From Callorhinchus milii (Eukaryota): a DNA stretch of 64,000 bases. The stretch lies in NCBI RefSeq assembly GCF_018977255.1, contig NW_024704744.1:42780001-42844000 (forward strand), written 5' to 3'. The stretch's first letter is position 1. The number at the start of each line of letters is the position of its first letter. Below the pieces are notes generated by a model. The model saw only the letters and a program-made list of their open reading frames with translations. It did no database searches and had not been told where the DNA came from. The position numbers were made by a program, and so were the translations under genes. Positions 1 through 13,729 of the stretch are shown here, in pieces.

Positions 1-1419
1 ACACACCAGTGTCTATCCGCCAATAATGCAATAATCGATTGATGTTAAATATCTCGACCTTGTCGGAAAGGTCCCGCACAGGGAGTGTTCACAGGCTTTT
101 TTGGGGATCTCTTATCTTTCATGGGCTATGACCTAAACAAGCTCATCACACATGTATGGCAGTGTTGCTCAAGGTGTAGTGTTTATGGCATGTTAAATGG
201 TTTGAGTGGTATCACTGAAATCTACATTCCATTATGGATCTTCTGGTACAGCTTGTATTTTATAAAAGGATGTCCCCAACCATGTAGATAGTTAACCATG
301 ATCCCTTGATAGTATATTATAGTATTACTTGTTGGAAATAAGACACAATCTATCGAAGTGTGACGAAAACCTGAGTCCCGTTAAATGTGAGAGCTGGTAG
401 GACAGAGACAATAAAAAGGACCAGAGTCCTTTACCATATCTTTTTACTTGTCCTTTCAAACATCAAGCTCTGACACTCAGGTTTGAAGATCATCTTGAAG
501 CTTCCAAATTCCTCCAGTCTCACTCCAGCACTCTGTTCTGACTCATTTACATTCCTTAGTCTCATCTCAACAGGCCAAATAACTCGACAACAAGTGGCTC
601 AAACTGGCACCAAAATTTTTCTTAACATAAAGTTCTTAATATAATCTTTATCCATTCTTTTTGGAAAAGCAAGCATTTAAACTGATTCCCCACCATTTTG
701 GCAAAACCACAAGATGCCCATCACAAGGACTGCATTAATTTAAATAGAAAGCCCACCACTGCCACCTTCTGAGAAACCAAATGCCATTTCAAGATTACAT
801 GATCCCATTTATCATTCCAGCTAGAATCTAAGCTCTGCCTTTTGGCTTGTAGCATGCTTGAGTCAATTCTGTGCTGATCCAATTTTCAAGATCACATGGA
901 TACCAGTGCCCACCATCTTTAAATCCTCTCCCCAAAGCATGTTAGGTCCTCCAGTTGTACCCTTATTTGTTTTGTAAACATACTGGCTGTGGTGAAAGGG
1001 GCCAGAACTTGCCTAGGAAACTGCTTTATTAGTTTGTGCAGATCACAACTCAAATTACACATCTAATTCACCAGAGGCCATAGAGCCAGTACAGAAGAGA
1101 GCAACGAAGCTCATCCAGGAACTATTGGCTAAGTTCTGGTCTTGTAGAGGTCTCAGAGACCTCATAAGAGATATATAAACTTGCCTTGCACCTTTCACAT
1201 TAGGATAAGAAAAGCCCTTTAAAAAGATTGATGCTTTAATGGGAAAATGCAAGATGTCAAAGGATGAGATCAAATGGGCTGAAGGGCTTTCTTCCTTCAA
1301 ATATGTGATATTGTAATCAAGCATCACTCAAAAGAGAAATTGCTCAGATTACACAGACTATACAAAAAATACACTCAGTCATCAAGACCAGATCACCATA
1401 TTATTTAAATCACTTTTTA

Positions 1420-1452
1420 AAAAACTCAAAAAAAGGATGTAAACTTTTTATT
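1420..1452 (-). terminator. Candidate polyadenylation signal of AKIRIN2
   Basis: Minus strand reads AATAAAaagtttacatccTTTTTTTGAGTTTTT: hexamer followed by a U/GU-rich downstream element. An alternative AATAAA lies near 1597-1602. Confidence 0.55.
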
Positions 1453-2868
1453 GTCAACTAAACTCCATTACACTACAAAGGACAGTAAAATAATGGTACA
1501 TCAAATGCAGAAATAAACTTTGAAGGATTGCTAGAATAAATAAAAATGACTATTTTACTCCAAAATTTATGAAGCTTCAGTTCCCCTCTTCCTAAATTTA
1601 TTTTCCTTTCTCAGAACACAGATACTCCCTGCTGATCCCTTCATTTGACAGGTAATACCACATCAATGTGCAGGCAATCACTTCTATTTTAGGGTATGGA
1701 ATGTCCATCACCTAACATCCAAACTGAAGAGTTGATTTTTGCCTGCAGAACTGTTGTAGTGCACAATGAGCCTTTGCAAACCTTTGCTCTCCAGCCAACT
1801 TAAGGCATTCTAGACACCAAAAACATTGCTAAGTTGCTGCAATCTTCACAGCTACTTGTTGGAGACTGTGCACATCAGGTTTACTGAAAGTCCGCAGTTA
1901 GTTAACTGGGCCCAATTTCTGCAGGTCATTTTCAGAATTTGCCTACACCAGTAAAGCCAGGAGACAAGAATGCAGGTTACAAAAAGTCAAATTTGTGTAC
2001 AATTAAACACCCCGTATTCAAAATATTAGTACAGCACAATTCCAACTAGTATTGAAATAGGTAAATATGCAAACTACTCTACTGCTGCCAATTTACACGG
2101 GAGGACAATTGAAACAGTTCAATCTGCCTCACCCCAGTGAAGTAGTTTGCATACATTAGCATAATTAACATTGATACTAGATTGAATTGCATCTTACTAG
2201 CTAGTTTTAATCCAATACTAAATCACGTAGAAAAACAAAGAAACCACCTTGTTCTACCTGAACATCTACTGGCATCCAATATTAAACCCCACTGTTGTTA
2301 ATATGAATGGATTCTAAAAAATTGGACAAATAAAAATCTCCAAGTCTCAATTCAGGTAAGAACTTGGAAATATGAGAAAGTTTAAGAACACCTGTACACT
2401 ATGAATAAAAGATATCAATGGTTTACTCCCCTCTTCTGTTTTTAAGGCTGCTAGAAGTCAAAGGTTGCAAAAAAGGCTCATTATCAAACCATAATCGGAC
2501 TGATTTTTCTAAAATCTGGCATGTTAAGATACAATCCTGAAACTATATGTGAAGGGCAAATTCTGGAATACCAGTATTGCTCTTAAATTTGTTAAAGTAA
2601 AAAGCTTTGCAGATTTTAATACAGCAAATTTATAAACAGAGGGAGACACTGGTATATAAGTACAGGTAGCGAAGGTCCAATAGGTGATGACATCAGGGAG
2701 CAGTCCAATAAACATATGCCGCAGAAAAAAGTGGTGGTGGCCACTGACACAAGCTGAAAACACCCTGTGCTCACAGGTGGTTAATATGGCACTGCCGTAA
2801 GTCTCAGAGAAACAGCCAACTTGCAGTGATCAAAAGGAAAAGGGCACTCCGCAGAAACGTGAGACAAT
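1428..2868 (-). other. AKIRIN2: AKIRIN2 3' UTR (approximate)
   Basis: AT-rich stretch with no repeat I could recognise, running from the stop codon to an AATAAA at 1452-1447 (minus strand). The 3' end is inferred. Confidence 0.6.
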
Positions 2869-2879
2869 TCAAGACACAT
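2869..2879 (-). CDS. AKIRIN2: Akirin-2 terminal coding exon (11 nt, YVS-stop)
   Basis: Acceptor tttgtttttgtcaacag|AT GTG TCT TGA completes the conserved C-terminal SYVS motif. Total CDS is 178+144+153+72+11 = 558 nt, i.e. 185 aa plus stop. Confidence 0.93.
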
Positions 2880-3999
2880 CTGTTGACAAAAACAAAAGAG
2901 CTTAAGAAACAGGGTTATTTAAGCATAACTTTCAATTTTGTTAAGAGTACAGTATTAAAAACATCGCTACCATTAAAAATTAACCTGGATCAGTGGGTAA
3001 ATAGCTGGTGTGGGACTAAGTCATACAGGCCAGCAACAAGATCTCAACTTTGTAGTTATCAGTCGGGCTTTTGGGGAGGGAATCTAAAACCTTTATATCC
3101 CATTATAGATTTAGTAAATTAAGACATCTTAAGATTCAATATTCCAAGTAAAACGCTTTAGTTTCCAACATAATATACAAACCATCAATAACTTGAGAAA
3201 AATCATACCATTTACAATATTAAAACATCACCAATTTTTTAAAATACAACAATTTCCTCACTGAAGGCCAACTCTTGCTGGATCATTAAGCATTCCTACT
3301 CGGAAGGATAGAGCAAACATTCATACATACACCTATGTACTGTTCAGCAAGGAGACGCAAAAGTTATTGGAAATACAGACCCAGGTTTATCAGCAAACAG
3401 TGGACGTTTCTACAGTGGATGCCGCACTAATCCCAACCCCCACCCAACAAAACACCAATTCAAAAGGGCCATATAAATAAATACATGTCAAATAAATAGT
3501 ATAATATAAAAAAGACAGTATCAAAAATTTTTGGAGACTTGTTACCACATACAAATAGATGCATGGCAAAAAACCATCAGTGGTGCCCAACTAGCTTTTG
3601 CCAAAAAAAGCTTATAGGCACAATATAAAATAAATACATCCTCACATTAGATATTATGCCTTTTAATTTGGGAGGACATGTCAAATAAATAGTATAATAT
3701 AAAAAAGACATCAACACAATTCACAGGCTTTCCTGTAAAGTGTGGCGACTACATTTTTGTAATGACCATCCTTACATTTGGTACATAGGTGTAGGTGATA
3801 GAATGGAGGTCCATTGGTTTGGACCTACTAGTCTCGAACCTATGCAGTCAGAGCAAGGATTGGATGAGAAATACACCAAGACAGTCACAATCAATCAACT
3901 GCTTCAAAGTAACTCCTGGGAGAAGGCCTGCTTCCCTTCATGCGCATACAATAATCTAAAATGAAAATAAACTATCACAAGTCTTTTAAATAAATGTTA

Positions 4000-4119
<120 letters not shown>

Positions 4120-4744
4120 TCAGTGATTTGTGCCATGTAATACAATCTACATAGCACCTTTCACATCAAGGACACAGCATTTTACACAGCTGGACAGTCA
4201 ATAGAGCGGGTGTGGGGGACAGACAGACAGACAGGGAAGACCTGGAAGCAATGACTGAAAACAGTCAGAGGCGAGTGTTAATGTGGGCTTTAAAAGTGAG
4301 CAGTCAGGGAGACTCCCAGGTGGAGTTCCAGAGAGCAGACTAGAATGGCTCATTCCTACTCAGAAATCAAAGTAGGATTGAACGAAATGGAAAAAAGACT
4401 AAGTTACTTTGTTGAAGCCTCATAACTCACTCACACAGGATATAGTTGTTAAGCACTCCAAGGCGCTACCCCATGTGAAGAGCGCTATATAAATGCAACA
4501 ACAACAACAAGATTCCATTTATAGAGCGCCTTTCACATCAGGAGGACGTCCCAAGGTGCTGTACAGTTGGGTCAGGACCCAACTGCAAGTTGTTTTTAAA
4601 CCAGAAATAGTTATAACAGTGTGCATTCACCTAAAAAAACACATTGAAGGGCCAGAGAGATGGTAGAAAAAGCTGGCAGAATAGGCTTTGCCACTGCTAA
4701 TTTACATTTTTAAAAAATCACTAATAACTGATTTTGTATTATAC

Positions 4745-4897
4745 CTGCCAGCTTTGTATCCAGTATTTCTTCATACTGTTCACGAATTTTCTCTTCTCGC
4801 TCTTTAATCAGGCGTTCACAGATCATTCCAACTTGTCTCAATGTGAACAGAGGCTGGTCTTTCTTTGACTGTGGTGACAATGATCCAGATGAAGTAC
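4745..4897 (-). CDS. AKIRIN2: Akirin-2 coding exon 3 (153 nt)
   Basis: Acceptor ttttattttcag|; (G)[50 protein letters not shown]; donor G|gtataa. Confidence 0.96.
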
Positions 4898-5862
4898 CTG
4901 AAAATAAAAGCAATTATTTTAAATCTTACAGACCTTTCCTTGGAATCAACCAACTGTAGTTTGGCTCAGCTTCTGCGCTTTGTCTCAATCCTTTTCATTT
5001 TGAAATAGATACTGAAACAGAATTTAATCCACTACATGCATATATAATAAAACTCAGTCTTATCTTTATCTTATCTCATCATAATTGCCCAAGTTGTACA
5101 TTCACCCAAGTCAAATTCAGTTTCCTACTACTTAGATTTCTACTTGTTTATTTCTTTGAAATATTTGTATTAATCACCTCCTAACTCATAATGTCACCCC
5201 TCCCCCCTACTCCTGCATTTACCAGCGGCCTTGAACCGCAGGAAATGATGTCCAGACCACTGAGGCATGTGCACTTACCAGCTGACCATCAAATCTTGAG
5301 AAATGTAGCTTTGATCAGTCCCTGCATGATTCCAACACTTGTGGGTAATGCATTGAATCGTGGGAAATGTAGTCTTGTGCAGTAAATATTGATTAATCAG
5401 ATTTTCAACAACTTAATTTGCCTGCAGGTTGGATTCATGCAAGTCATTAAATGGGATGATCAGACGTGAGTTTTACTGAACTGATTAGCTATTCATTTAA
5501 CTGAAATGTGGGACTGTTGTCCTCCGTGTGGTGCAGAGATTTCCAAATGTCTCCTTTTCTGAATTCCTGTATCTACAAGGACACTCGCAATGTCAGACAT
5601 TAAAAATTAAGCAAACTTTTTTAAATCCAGGCTAAGCATTCTGGCTTCTCAAGCAGCTTCAATGAGCACCATATGATGGTTTTGATGCTTGACCTTATTG
5701 GAGAATAACCAGAAACTATTTTAAGATTAGCAAATTGTACTTTCTGTAGGAATACATTTCAAAGAAAAAGTTTTCAATGTCATTGCCAACTGTATTCACC
5801 ACACAGCAATTAAAGAAACATTAACTGCCCTCAGCAGAAACCATGCTGGAAGCCCCACATAC

Positions 5863-6006
5863 CTTGCAAGGCATGGTCATTTAAAACTGAAACATGGGAT
5901 TGTGCGTCACTTGAACAGCTGGCCTCCGTCTGGTGCAGAAAGCTTTCTAAATGTCTTCTTTTCTGAATGCGTTTGTACTCCTGTTTTATGTTATGCAGAA
6001 TTTGTT
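5863..6006 (-). CDS. AKIRIN2: Akirin-2 coding exon 2 (144 nt)
   Basis: Acceptor tttctttacag|; (E)[47 protein letters not shown]; donor G|gtatgt; phase 1-1. Confidence 0.96.
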
Positions 6007-6467
6007 CTGTAAAGAAAAAATTACACATCAGATCTTTTCCACTGAAGGAACAGTTTTGGAACCTGAAGTAGAAGTATTTTAAACACAACTGGTAAACAAG
6101 TCATTGTCTGGTCATGGGAAATAAACTTGTGATACTAACCACATTGCTCAAAAATAGGTTAGAATGAGAACATGTATTTGAATGAAATTAAGCCACTTTT
6201 AGAACCATAGAAATGTACAACACAGTAATGATTCATCATTCTTTTGCATCATTTCCATGTGTTCAATGGTGCAGTTTTAAATTATCCTACAGATACTTGA
6301 GAGCAAGGAATATTACAATTAATTTGTTGAAGTCATCAACAAATTGTGTATGGCACAAGATCAGTAGCCTTATGTCACCAAATTGGTTACACTTCAGTAA
6401 GGAGTACATGAGAAAATGGTGAACTGTGATCCAATTCCAACTCAGTATCTTTGTACACCTTGTAGGC

Positions 6468-6872
6468 ATCAGCCTGGCTCAGCTAATAGTACTCTCACCT
6501 CCGAGTCAGATCATTGGGAGTTGAACTCTGACTAGGCTGATACTCCAGGGCAGTACTGGGGGAGTGCTGCATTGTAAGAGATACCAGTCTTCGAATGAGA
6601 TGTTAAGCCAAGGTCACATTTGCCCATTAGGGTGCACTTCAAAAGGTCCATTGACATAATTCTAAAAAAGGGAGTTTCTCCTGGTGTCCTGGCCAACTAT
6701 TCCCAGATAAAGTTGGACACTTACTTCATGACTGTCTGTAGGACATGGTGTGTACAAAATTAGCTGCCACATTTGTGTGTCACAAATACATACCACACTG
6801 TACAATACAATCCTGTGAAGCATTGAGATATTTTAACCACACAAAGTGCTATATCGAATGCAAGATTTATTA
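6468..6872 (+). mobile_element. Deu-domain tRNA-derived SINE (SacSINE1/AmnSINE1-like)
   Basis: tRNA-like head cagcctggctcagc...gagtcaga; Deu core gcagtactgggggagtgctgcattg...gagatgttaa; LINE-like tail gtgctatatcgaatgcaag(att)n. Family assigned from recalled consensus. Confidence 0.75.
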
Positions 6873-7989
6873 TAACTTGATTCATTAACTGAAACATCAG
6901 CATTCTAATTTCCGAACAAGTTATTCTACCTGTTCCACCTATGCAGTTCCCAGCTGCCAATCATTAAAACCTTCACTATACATCTAACTATAAAATTTAT
7001 ATAGCGTCTTTCACATTGGGACGCCATCTCAAAACATTTGACACGGTCCTGAATTCTCACTTTTCAGATTTTGAAAAAAGGACACAGTTTACCAACATTG
7101 TACCAGAATAGCAAAATGTAAAAACAAGCAAAAGCAAACAAGAGCAGTTCAAAATACTGGACCTGACTAGAGCATGAACACCTGCATAAACAAACTAAAA
7201 GGAACAGAATGGCTAATATTGCAAATTAACAATTCCCTTCCCAAAGGCCAGCTAGCAAAGTGATGCATTTTAATAACTGTTTACAATACCAACATTGATG
7301 TACAAAGTATACAGAAGATAATTTAAAATGAAACTTGCTTTGAGGAGTCAAGGTTTAAAGATTCTAATGTTCTAGACTCAAATTGATAAGAATCCCTTTA
7401 ACCATAAAAGCTATACTGTATAGCTTACATCTCTAGCTAGATTTTAAATATGCAGCTAAAGTGCACATTCCACAAAGATGAGTGCATTATTACACTCAGA
7501 AAATGTATTGCCAGTGATTTAGCCAAAATTGCATACAACATAAAAAACAGAAGAATCAGTTTTCAAAGTCTCAAAGATGTCTATCAACAGTCAATTTCTC
7601 ATGATGCTGAAATATTAATTCAGATATGGTCAACAAGCCTTATATAGTACAACCACCAGCCTACACAATTCAAACACCTAGCAGCTGTCTAAAATGACTA
7701 GTTGAATTGCAATAATAGCAGTATTACTAAAATTAAACTCAGAATAATTATACAAATCCACCCACAGAGGAACACCTCCATGACACCACATATTTTTAGT
7801 TTTCAATTTATTGCTTCTAATTTAATTTTTAAGTATAATAAGTTTCAGCTGATCAAGTCTGAAAATCAGTTTCTCCAAATCCTTTAAAAATAATGAATGA
7901 CCTTACCCTTCAATTGCAATGTTCACACCAATTACCCATGATTGTGTGGTGCTGTGCATAGTGCTGTTCTTCTGTTGGTGGATTTGTAA

Positions 7990-9160
7990 CATAACATGTA
8001 GGAGCAGGAGTAGGCCATTCGGCCCTTCGAGTCTGCCCCGCCATTCAATCATGGCTGATCTTCTAATCTAACTCCAGCTAATAACCTAACCCTGCCTTAC
8101 CCCCATATCCCTTAATCCCTTTTGCAATAAGAAATTTATCTATCTCAGTCTCGAATATGTTCAAGGACCGACCGTCAACAGCCCTTTGGGGTAGTGAGTT
8201 CCATACATTCACCACCCTTTGAGTGAAGAAGTTCTTCCTCAACTCAGTGCGAAAGGGCTGACCTCTGATTTTAAGGTTGTGACCCCTGTTTTTAGTTTCT
8301 CCAACCAGGGGAAACAATCTCCCACTATCTACTCTATCATGCCCTTTGATGTTCTTATAGGTTTCTATAAGATCTCCTCTAATTCTTCTATATTCTAGAG
8401 AATATAGGCCCAAATTGGTCAGCCTATCCTCGTAACTCATCCCCTTCATCCCTGGTACTAACCTAGTAAATCTACGCTGCACCCCCTCCAAGGCAAGTAC
8501 GTCCTTCCTTAAATGAGGAGACCAAAACTGGACACAGTATTCCAGGTGTGGTCTCACCAGCGCCCTATACAGTTGCACAAGACTTCCCTACTCTTATACT
8601 CTAATCCTTTCATAATGAACGCTAACATACCGTTCGCCTTCCTAATTGCTGCTGCGCCTGCAGACTAACTTCCTGTGATTGGTGTACAAGGACACCCAAG
8701 TCCCTCTGGACGCTAACACGTTCCAATCTCTCCCCTTCTAAAAAATAACCCGCTCTGCTGTTTTTGCTACCTAGGTGGATGACTTTGCACTTCCCTACAT
8801 TATACTTCATCTGCCACCTACCTGCCCAATCACCTAACCTATCTATGTCTCGCTGCAATTTTTTAATGTCGTCCTCTGTTTTGACACTTCCTGCTAGTTT
8901 TGTGTCATCCGCGAATTTAGATATATTAAATTTGATGTCCTCATCTAGATCATTGATGTAAATGGTAAATAGCTGAGGCCCAAGGACTGATCCTTGTGGC
9001 ACTCCACTAGTCACATCCCGCCAATCTGAAAAGGACCCGTTTATTCCTACTCTTTGTTTCCTACCCGTTAACCATTCTCCAATCCACGTTAATATGCTCC
9101 CCCCAATTCCGTGGGCCCTTATCTTTTGGATCAACCTTGTATGCGGCACCTTATCGAAAA
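7990..9160 (-). mobile_element. 5'-truncated CR1-type LINE (RT C-terminus and 3' end) in AKIRIN2 intron 1
   Basis: ORFs with FDKVPH, GVPQGSVLGPQLFTIYINDL, KFADDTK, LYRALVRPHLEYCVQFWSP and RGHNLK...FFTQRVVNVWNSLP; one frameshift; CR1-type 3' UTR. Confidence 0.95.
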
Positions 9161-9689
9161 AGGGTGGTGAAGTTGCATGAATAAAAAGATAAACAAAACC
9201 GAAAGAGAAACTATTCAAATTGAAACGTTTTATTCTAAGAAACATTTAGGGCAAGAGAAACTCAAATGACTTCTATATTCATGCCAACCTGTCAAGGTTA
9301 TGATATGAACAGATGTACCAATGTCTGCTGTCATAGAAAATTAATTTAGCCCTCAATTTGATAGGTTTTATTAAACTTCAGAAACATTCTGGGAGCAAAT
9401 AGTTTACATATGATAAAGGACTTTACAAAAACACTCGAGGCATTCCACAAGCAACAACAAAGCCCTGTTCAATCTGCATTGTTATATTGCAATCATGTTG
9501 AAAACATCGGAATACAAGTTAACCTTACAGTGCAGAGCACTGGGGCACAGCCAAGGAGACACCATGTAATAAGAGTTAAATTTACAGTCAACTGGGAGAT
9601 TTTAATTCACCAAATAAAAACACGTACAACTGTATTACATTTCTAGGCCAATTAAACAGTAAGAAAACTTTAAACGACTGATCTGGAAA

Positions 9690-9900
9690 CAATAAAATTA
9701 CATTTGTACAGCGTCTTTCACGTTGAGGGGACGTCCCAAGGCACTGGACAAACAGTTTTGGACCCGAGCTGGGATCGGGGAGGGTGGGGGGACAGGGTGA
9801 TCAAAAGCATGGTCGAAGAGGAGGGTCATGAAGGAGGCATGGGAGAGGGCAAGGCGGAGGGACTGCAGGATGAGAGTTCCAGAGAGTGGGGGCAGAGTGG
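9690..9900 (-). mobile_element. Short L2-type 3' end (similar short tails at ~4140-4340, 4495-4585, 12020-12150, 17370-17720, 34740-34970, 43415-43595)
   Basis: Shares the gggacgtcccaaggc.ctg / ggtcagg.tgatcaaaagc tail with the longer L2 copies. Confidence 0.7.
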
Positions 9901-12900
9901 CACCTCAAGGTAGACAAGCTCTCACACAACATGTGTACATCAGCATCACAATTTGGATAAACTGCTCTTCTTTCTCTCACAACCCAAGATACTAATGTAT
10001 TTGTAGAATTTGAACCAGGCATCAAATATATAAAAACACTACAACATGAGCTGCCCTTGGATTTGCTTCTTCCTTAGGAAACACCTAATTTTCATCAAGG
10101 GTCTTCTCTCTGGGGAATTAAGATTAGAAACCCAGCAGGTAGATAAAGATCACGTACATATGAGTGGTTTCCATGGTGTATTGTTATTCAATTCAAACAG
10201 TAGCTGATAAAGACAAAGGTATTGGGCCTAATTCAATTCCAATTCAAAATTTACACATTGCATTTGTAGGCCCATTGTTCTGACTGCCTCTGGCTGTGAA
10301 ATTTCAAATTCAACTTCAGGGGCTGTAGGAATTTATTACTCAATAAAACCCAGAGCGCACAGGTGGCCGAGAGAGCCCCTGCACATTTCCCTTTGATGGA
10401 ATGTGTGACCTCAGATTGACCCATAGACAAAATTGCCTACATGAAGGACTGCCACATCAAAAATGAAATTTAAGTGCTACAAAATAAGCAATCTGCAAAA
10501 TCTCCACTCTACTTCATAATGAAGAAACCTCATTCTGAAAAAGCAAATAGTCTATGCTGCTGAGCTAAGTTTTTAAAAGAACTCCTGATGTTCTACATTG
10601 TTCCCAGTGAGACTATAACTCCTATTTTATTAAAGCGGGGAAGCTGAGTTCTGCAGATGCAATAGTAATCCACTTAATTATTTATCTGCAAAATTTTCAA
10701 ATGGAAATGTAGGTCAAAGCAAGTAGTTTTGGACACAGATTTATAAACTTTCAAATCAAACCATTCATAATTGAATGAGTTTCTGCCAGCAACACTCCCG
10801 ATTAATTGGTCATTCACCTCATGGCTGTTTGTGAGATTTTGCTGTGCACAATATGGCTGACACGTTTGCCTGCAAAAACACTCATGATACTTGACAGTAA
10901 TGACTCAAGTGTCTTGAGATACCTGCATTTAATATACTATAAAAATGAAAGTGCTATTGTTTTATCTTCACGGATTGAGAGCGAGTTTATACTAATTAGA
11001 TAAAGTACACTCCAGTGCTGACCGACAACAAAACTACTTTTAGTGATCAGTATAACTGCACTCTCAAAAATGAGTATGGGAAGTAATTTTTGCCATTTCC
11101 AAACTGAGATAATCTAACTAGCAAGAAATACATCAAGACTGCACAACAAAAGCAAATAGCTCACTTGTGATAAATACTGTATTGCACATCAGGACTGATA
11201 CACTGAAAGAACACTATTATTCCTCACCTCAATGAGTATAACATTCATTAAAGAAAAATAAAACCACAGTTCTGGGTCTTGTTTAGATTTAATAAACAAG
11301 GCAATTATTCTGAGCTTTTAAATAGTTTCTGCAACATGTTCAGTTTTACAAAATAAACTGAGTCAATGACCACAGGCTAAGTTTTAGTTAATACTCTTCC
11401 CCCTTTCTGATGCTCTGCACATAACAGTCTTGGCCTGGACAGCAGAATTGTTCAGCTCATACATTCAGTCATTAACATTCAGCTCAACCGTCACAAATGT
11501 CAGCCCAATGACCTCTCTTCACTCCCAAAAGCCTCAGTAGGATCAGCAGATGGGATACCTTGCTGTTGTATAGCATACTCAAATATCAGACATACATGGA
11601 TTAAACCATAGCACATAGCCTCTATTGCTAAATAGGATATCATAATGTAGCAGGAGCAATACTGGCCTAATGCTTTGAGGGAATATGACTTTTGAGGATC
11701 AGACACACTTGATTGTAAAACAAGAACCACAGCACCCAAGTGACAGAGTAGCCATTTTAGTTCACACAAACGTATATGCTAGCATGGTGGCAAACTAGCT
11801 CTGAAAGGAGATATTTGGATCCCAACTTCACACTAAGCCTCCATTTGAAGCTTGCAACCAGCTGCACAACATTGAGTAGTACTGTGGATTATCTGCAAAC
11901 ATCTGTATTATTCAGTGCCTCAAGTTTCATTTTGTTCTCTGCTAGTATGCTCCTGGTCTATCCATACCACAAACGGGTTCTCGGTCGCACTTAGCAACAG
12001 TGTAAGCACTATCAAAAATAACTTAAAACAGAATTTGCATTTATATAGCAGCCTCGAGTGCTCAACAGTGGTGGAGCTTGATGCTGGACTGGGGAGAGAG
12101 TATAAGCAGTCAAAGAGGAAGGTCTTCAGGTGCGATCTGAAGACAATGATGTAGCACAGTTCTAAAACAAATAATGCAGGGGCCAAACAGCACAAAACCT
12201 ATGCTGCTGTTCACCAATCATTAAGAAATATTCAGCTGCTAGGCAGCAGACTTCTGTTCCCATTCCCCGACTATTCTGAAGTAATCACTTCCGAGAACCA
12301 ACTCAATGAAGTTCAGCTGTCTTCATTCCATCATTTTATCTTGTAAAGCTTACCAATGCCAGCATGCAAATAATTAGAAGTAATCGACAAAACGTTTCCC
12401 ATCCATTATATGGAAGTTAAATCCTATTGCAAAGAATAAGATTGCTCCTAATAAACCAAAACAGAATACAAATAATCCAAGAAAAAAATAGTAGTTACTG
12501 CAATTAAATGTAACAGATTGGTTATCGAGTACTATTGTGTCTATTCATTAACATGAGTGACAATAGATAAACTGGTTTGCTAAAGAATAATTATTATAAT
12601 AATGATTTCACAGCACATTAAAATGTTTTGGGGAGACAGAGAGAGAGCACGAGACACAGAGGACGATGGTCAAGACAATGCTTCCAAATAGGTTTCTTGA
12701 AACCTTCGTAAACAATCTAACATTGAACTCAACCCATGGTTCCATCATTTGCCGAACAGTCACATTCTATACACCTGAATAGGTAAAATACTGAATACGT
12801 TATTGGAACAAACTTACCTGCACCACTCAGCCAGCTGCGAACCATGGCCGCCCAGTGATGAGAGGCCAAGTGCAGGAAAACATTGCCAGACACTTAGTAT

Positions 12901-13710
12901 ACTTTTGCGATGAGTGGTCTGGTCCCATGGGAAAAGTTTGCCCTCACCAGCCGTGTGGTTGGCTGTTTTGACTGTTGTGGCAAGATCTGTGTGTGTAAAT
13001 CTTAGACCTTGCCTTCTGTGAGGTTCTACCTGACTGATAAGTCTGATTCAAGGTGGTAAAATGAGCAAGATGTTTTTTTTAAAAATACAGCAAAACTCAC
13101 ATGCATCATAAATCATATAATTGCCTAAGTAATACATTCACCTGAATCCCATTCAGTTTCATATCAAAACCAGATTAAGAACCTCCTGATTTATAACATA
13201 GCTCTACTACCCTCCATTACCTCTGCACTTACTGGCTGCATCAAATCGGGGGAAACTTAGTCTTGATCAATTAACGGATGCGCAAAAGAACTTCATTTCC
13301 TGCAATTCAATTCCAATGCTTGCCAGTAACTGCGCATGTGGCAACAGGGCAAGACGCATAAAAACACAGGAAATGTAGTTTTGATCCGTCACTGCATGCA
13401 CTTACTAGCTGCATTGAACTACGCAAGCACAATGTATATTCATTAATTTGGATTTTATAGAACTTGTATAGTTTGCATACAACTCTGATTTCACCAAGTC
13501 ATATTCAAAGATTATGGTCCCAACTGATACAACTTATGAGTTTTATTGTATACATATGCCTATACTGTACATAAACTTACTGTAATTAACTTAAAACAAG
13601 TTTTAGCAAATAAACTGACAGTTGCGGTGGACCAGAGCCACTTTGTGTCACACTGACTGCTACTCACTCTGCACAGGCACAATACACGTTGGTGTAAGTC
13701 CATTTGACCA

Positions 13711-13729
13711 CAGCGCCTCCTAGTGGCCC
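13711..13729 (-). promoter_or_regulatory. Candidate CTCF site in AKIRIN2 intron 1
   Basis: Minus strand GGGCCACTAGGAGGCGCTG versus core consensus CCASYAGRKGGCRS: one mismatch. Confidence 0.5.

Noticed and set aside
1-1400. Expected ORC3 3' end (tail-to-tail neighbour in mammals), or a decayed hAT transposase on the minus strand (PYMCDEL-like words near 140-170)
   Set aside because: No ORC3-like peptide was recognisable and the frames are full of stops. The hAT resemblance is too slight to call without an HMM search. About 1040-1330 looks like a CR1 remnant.
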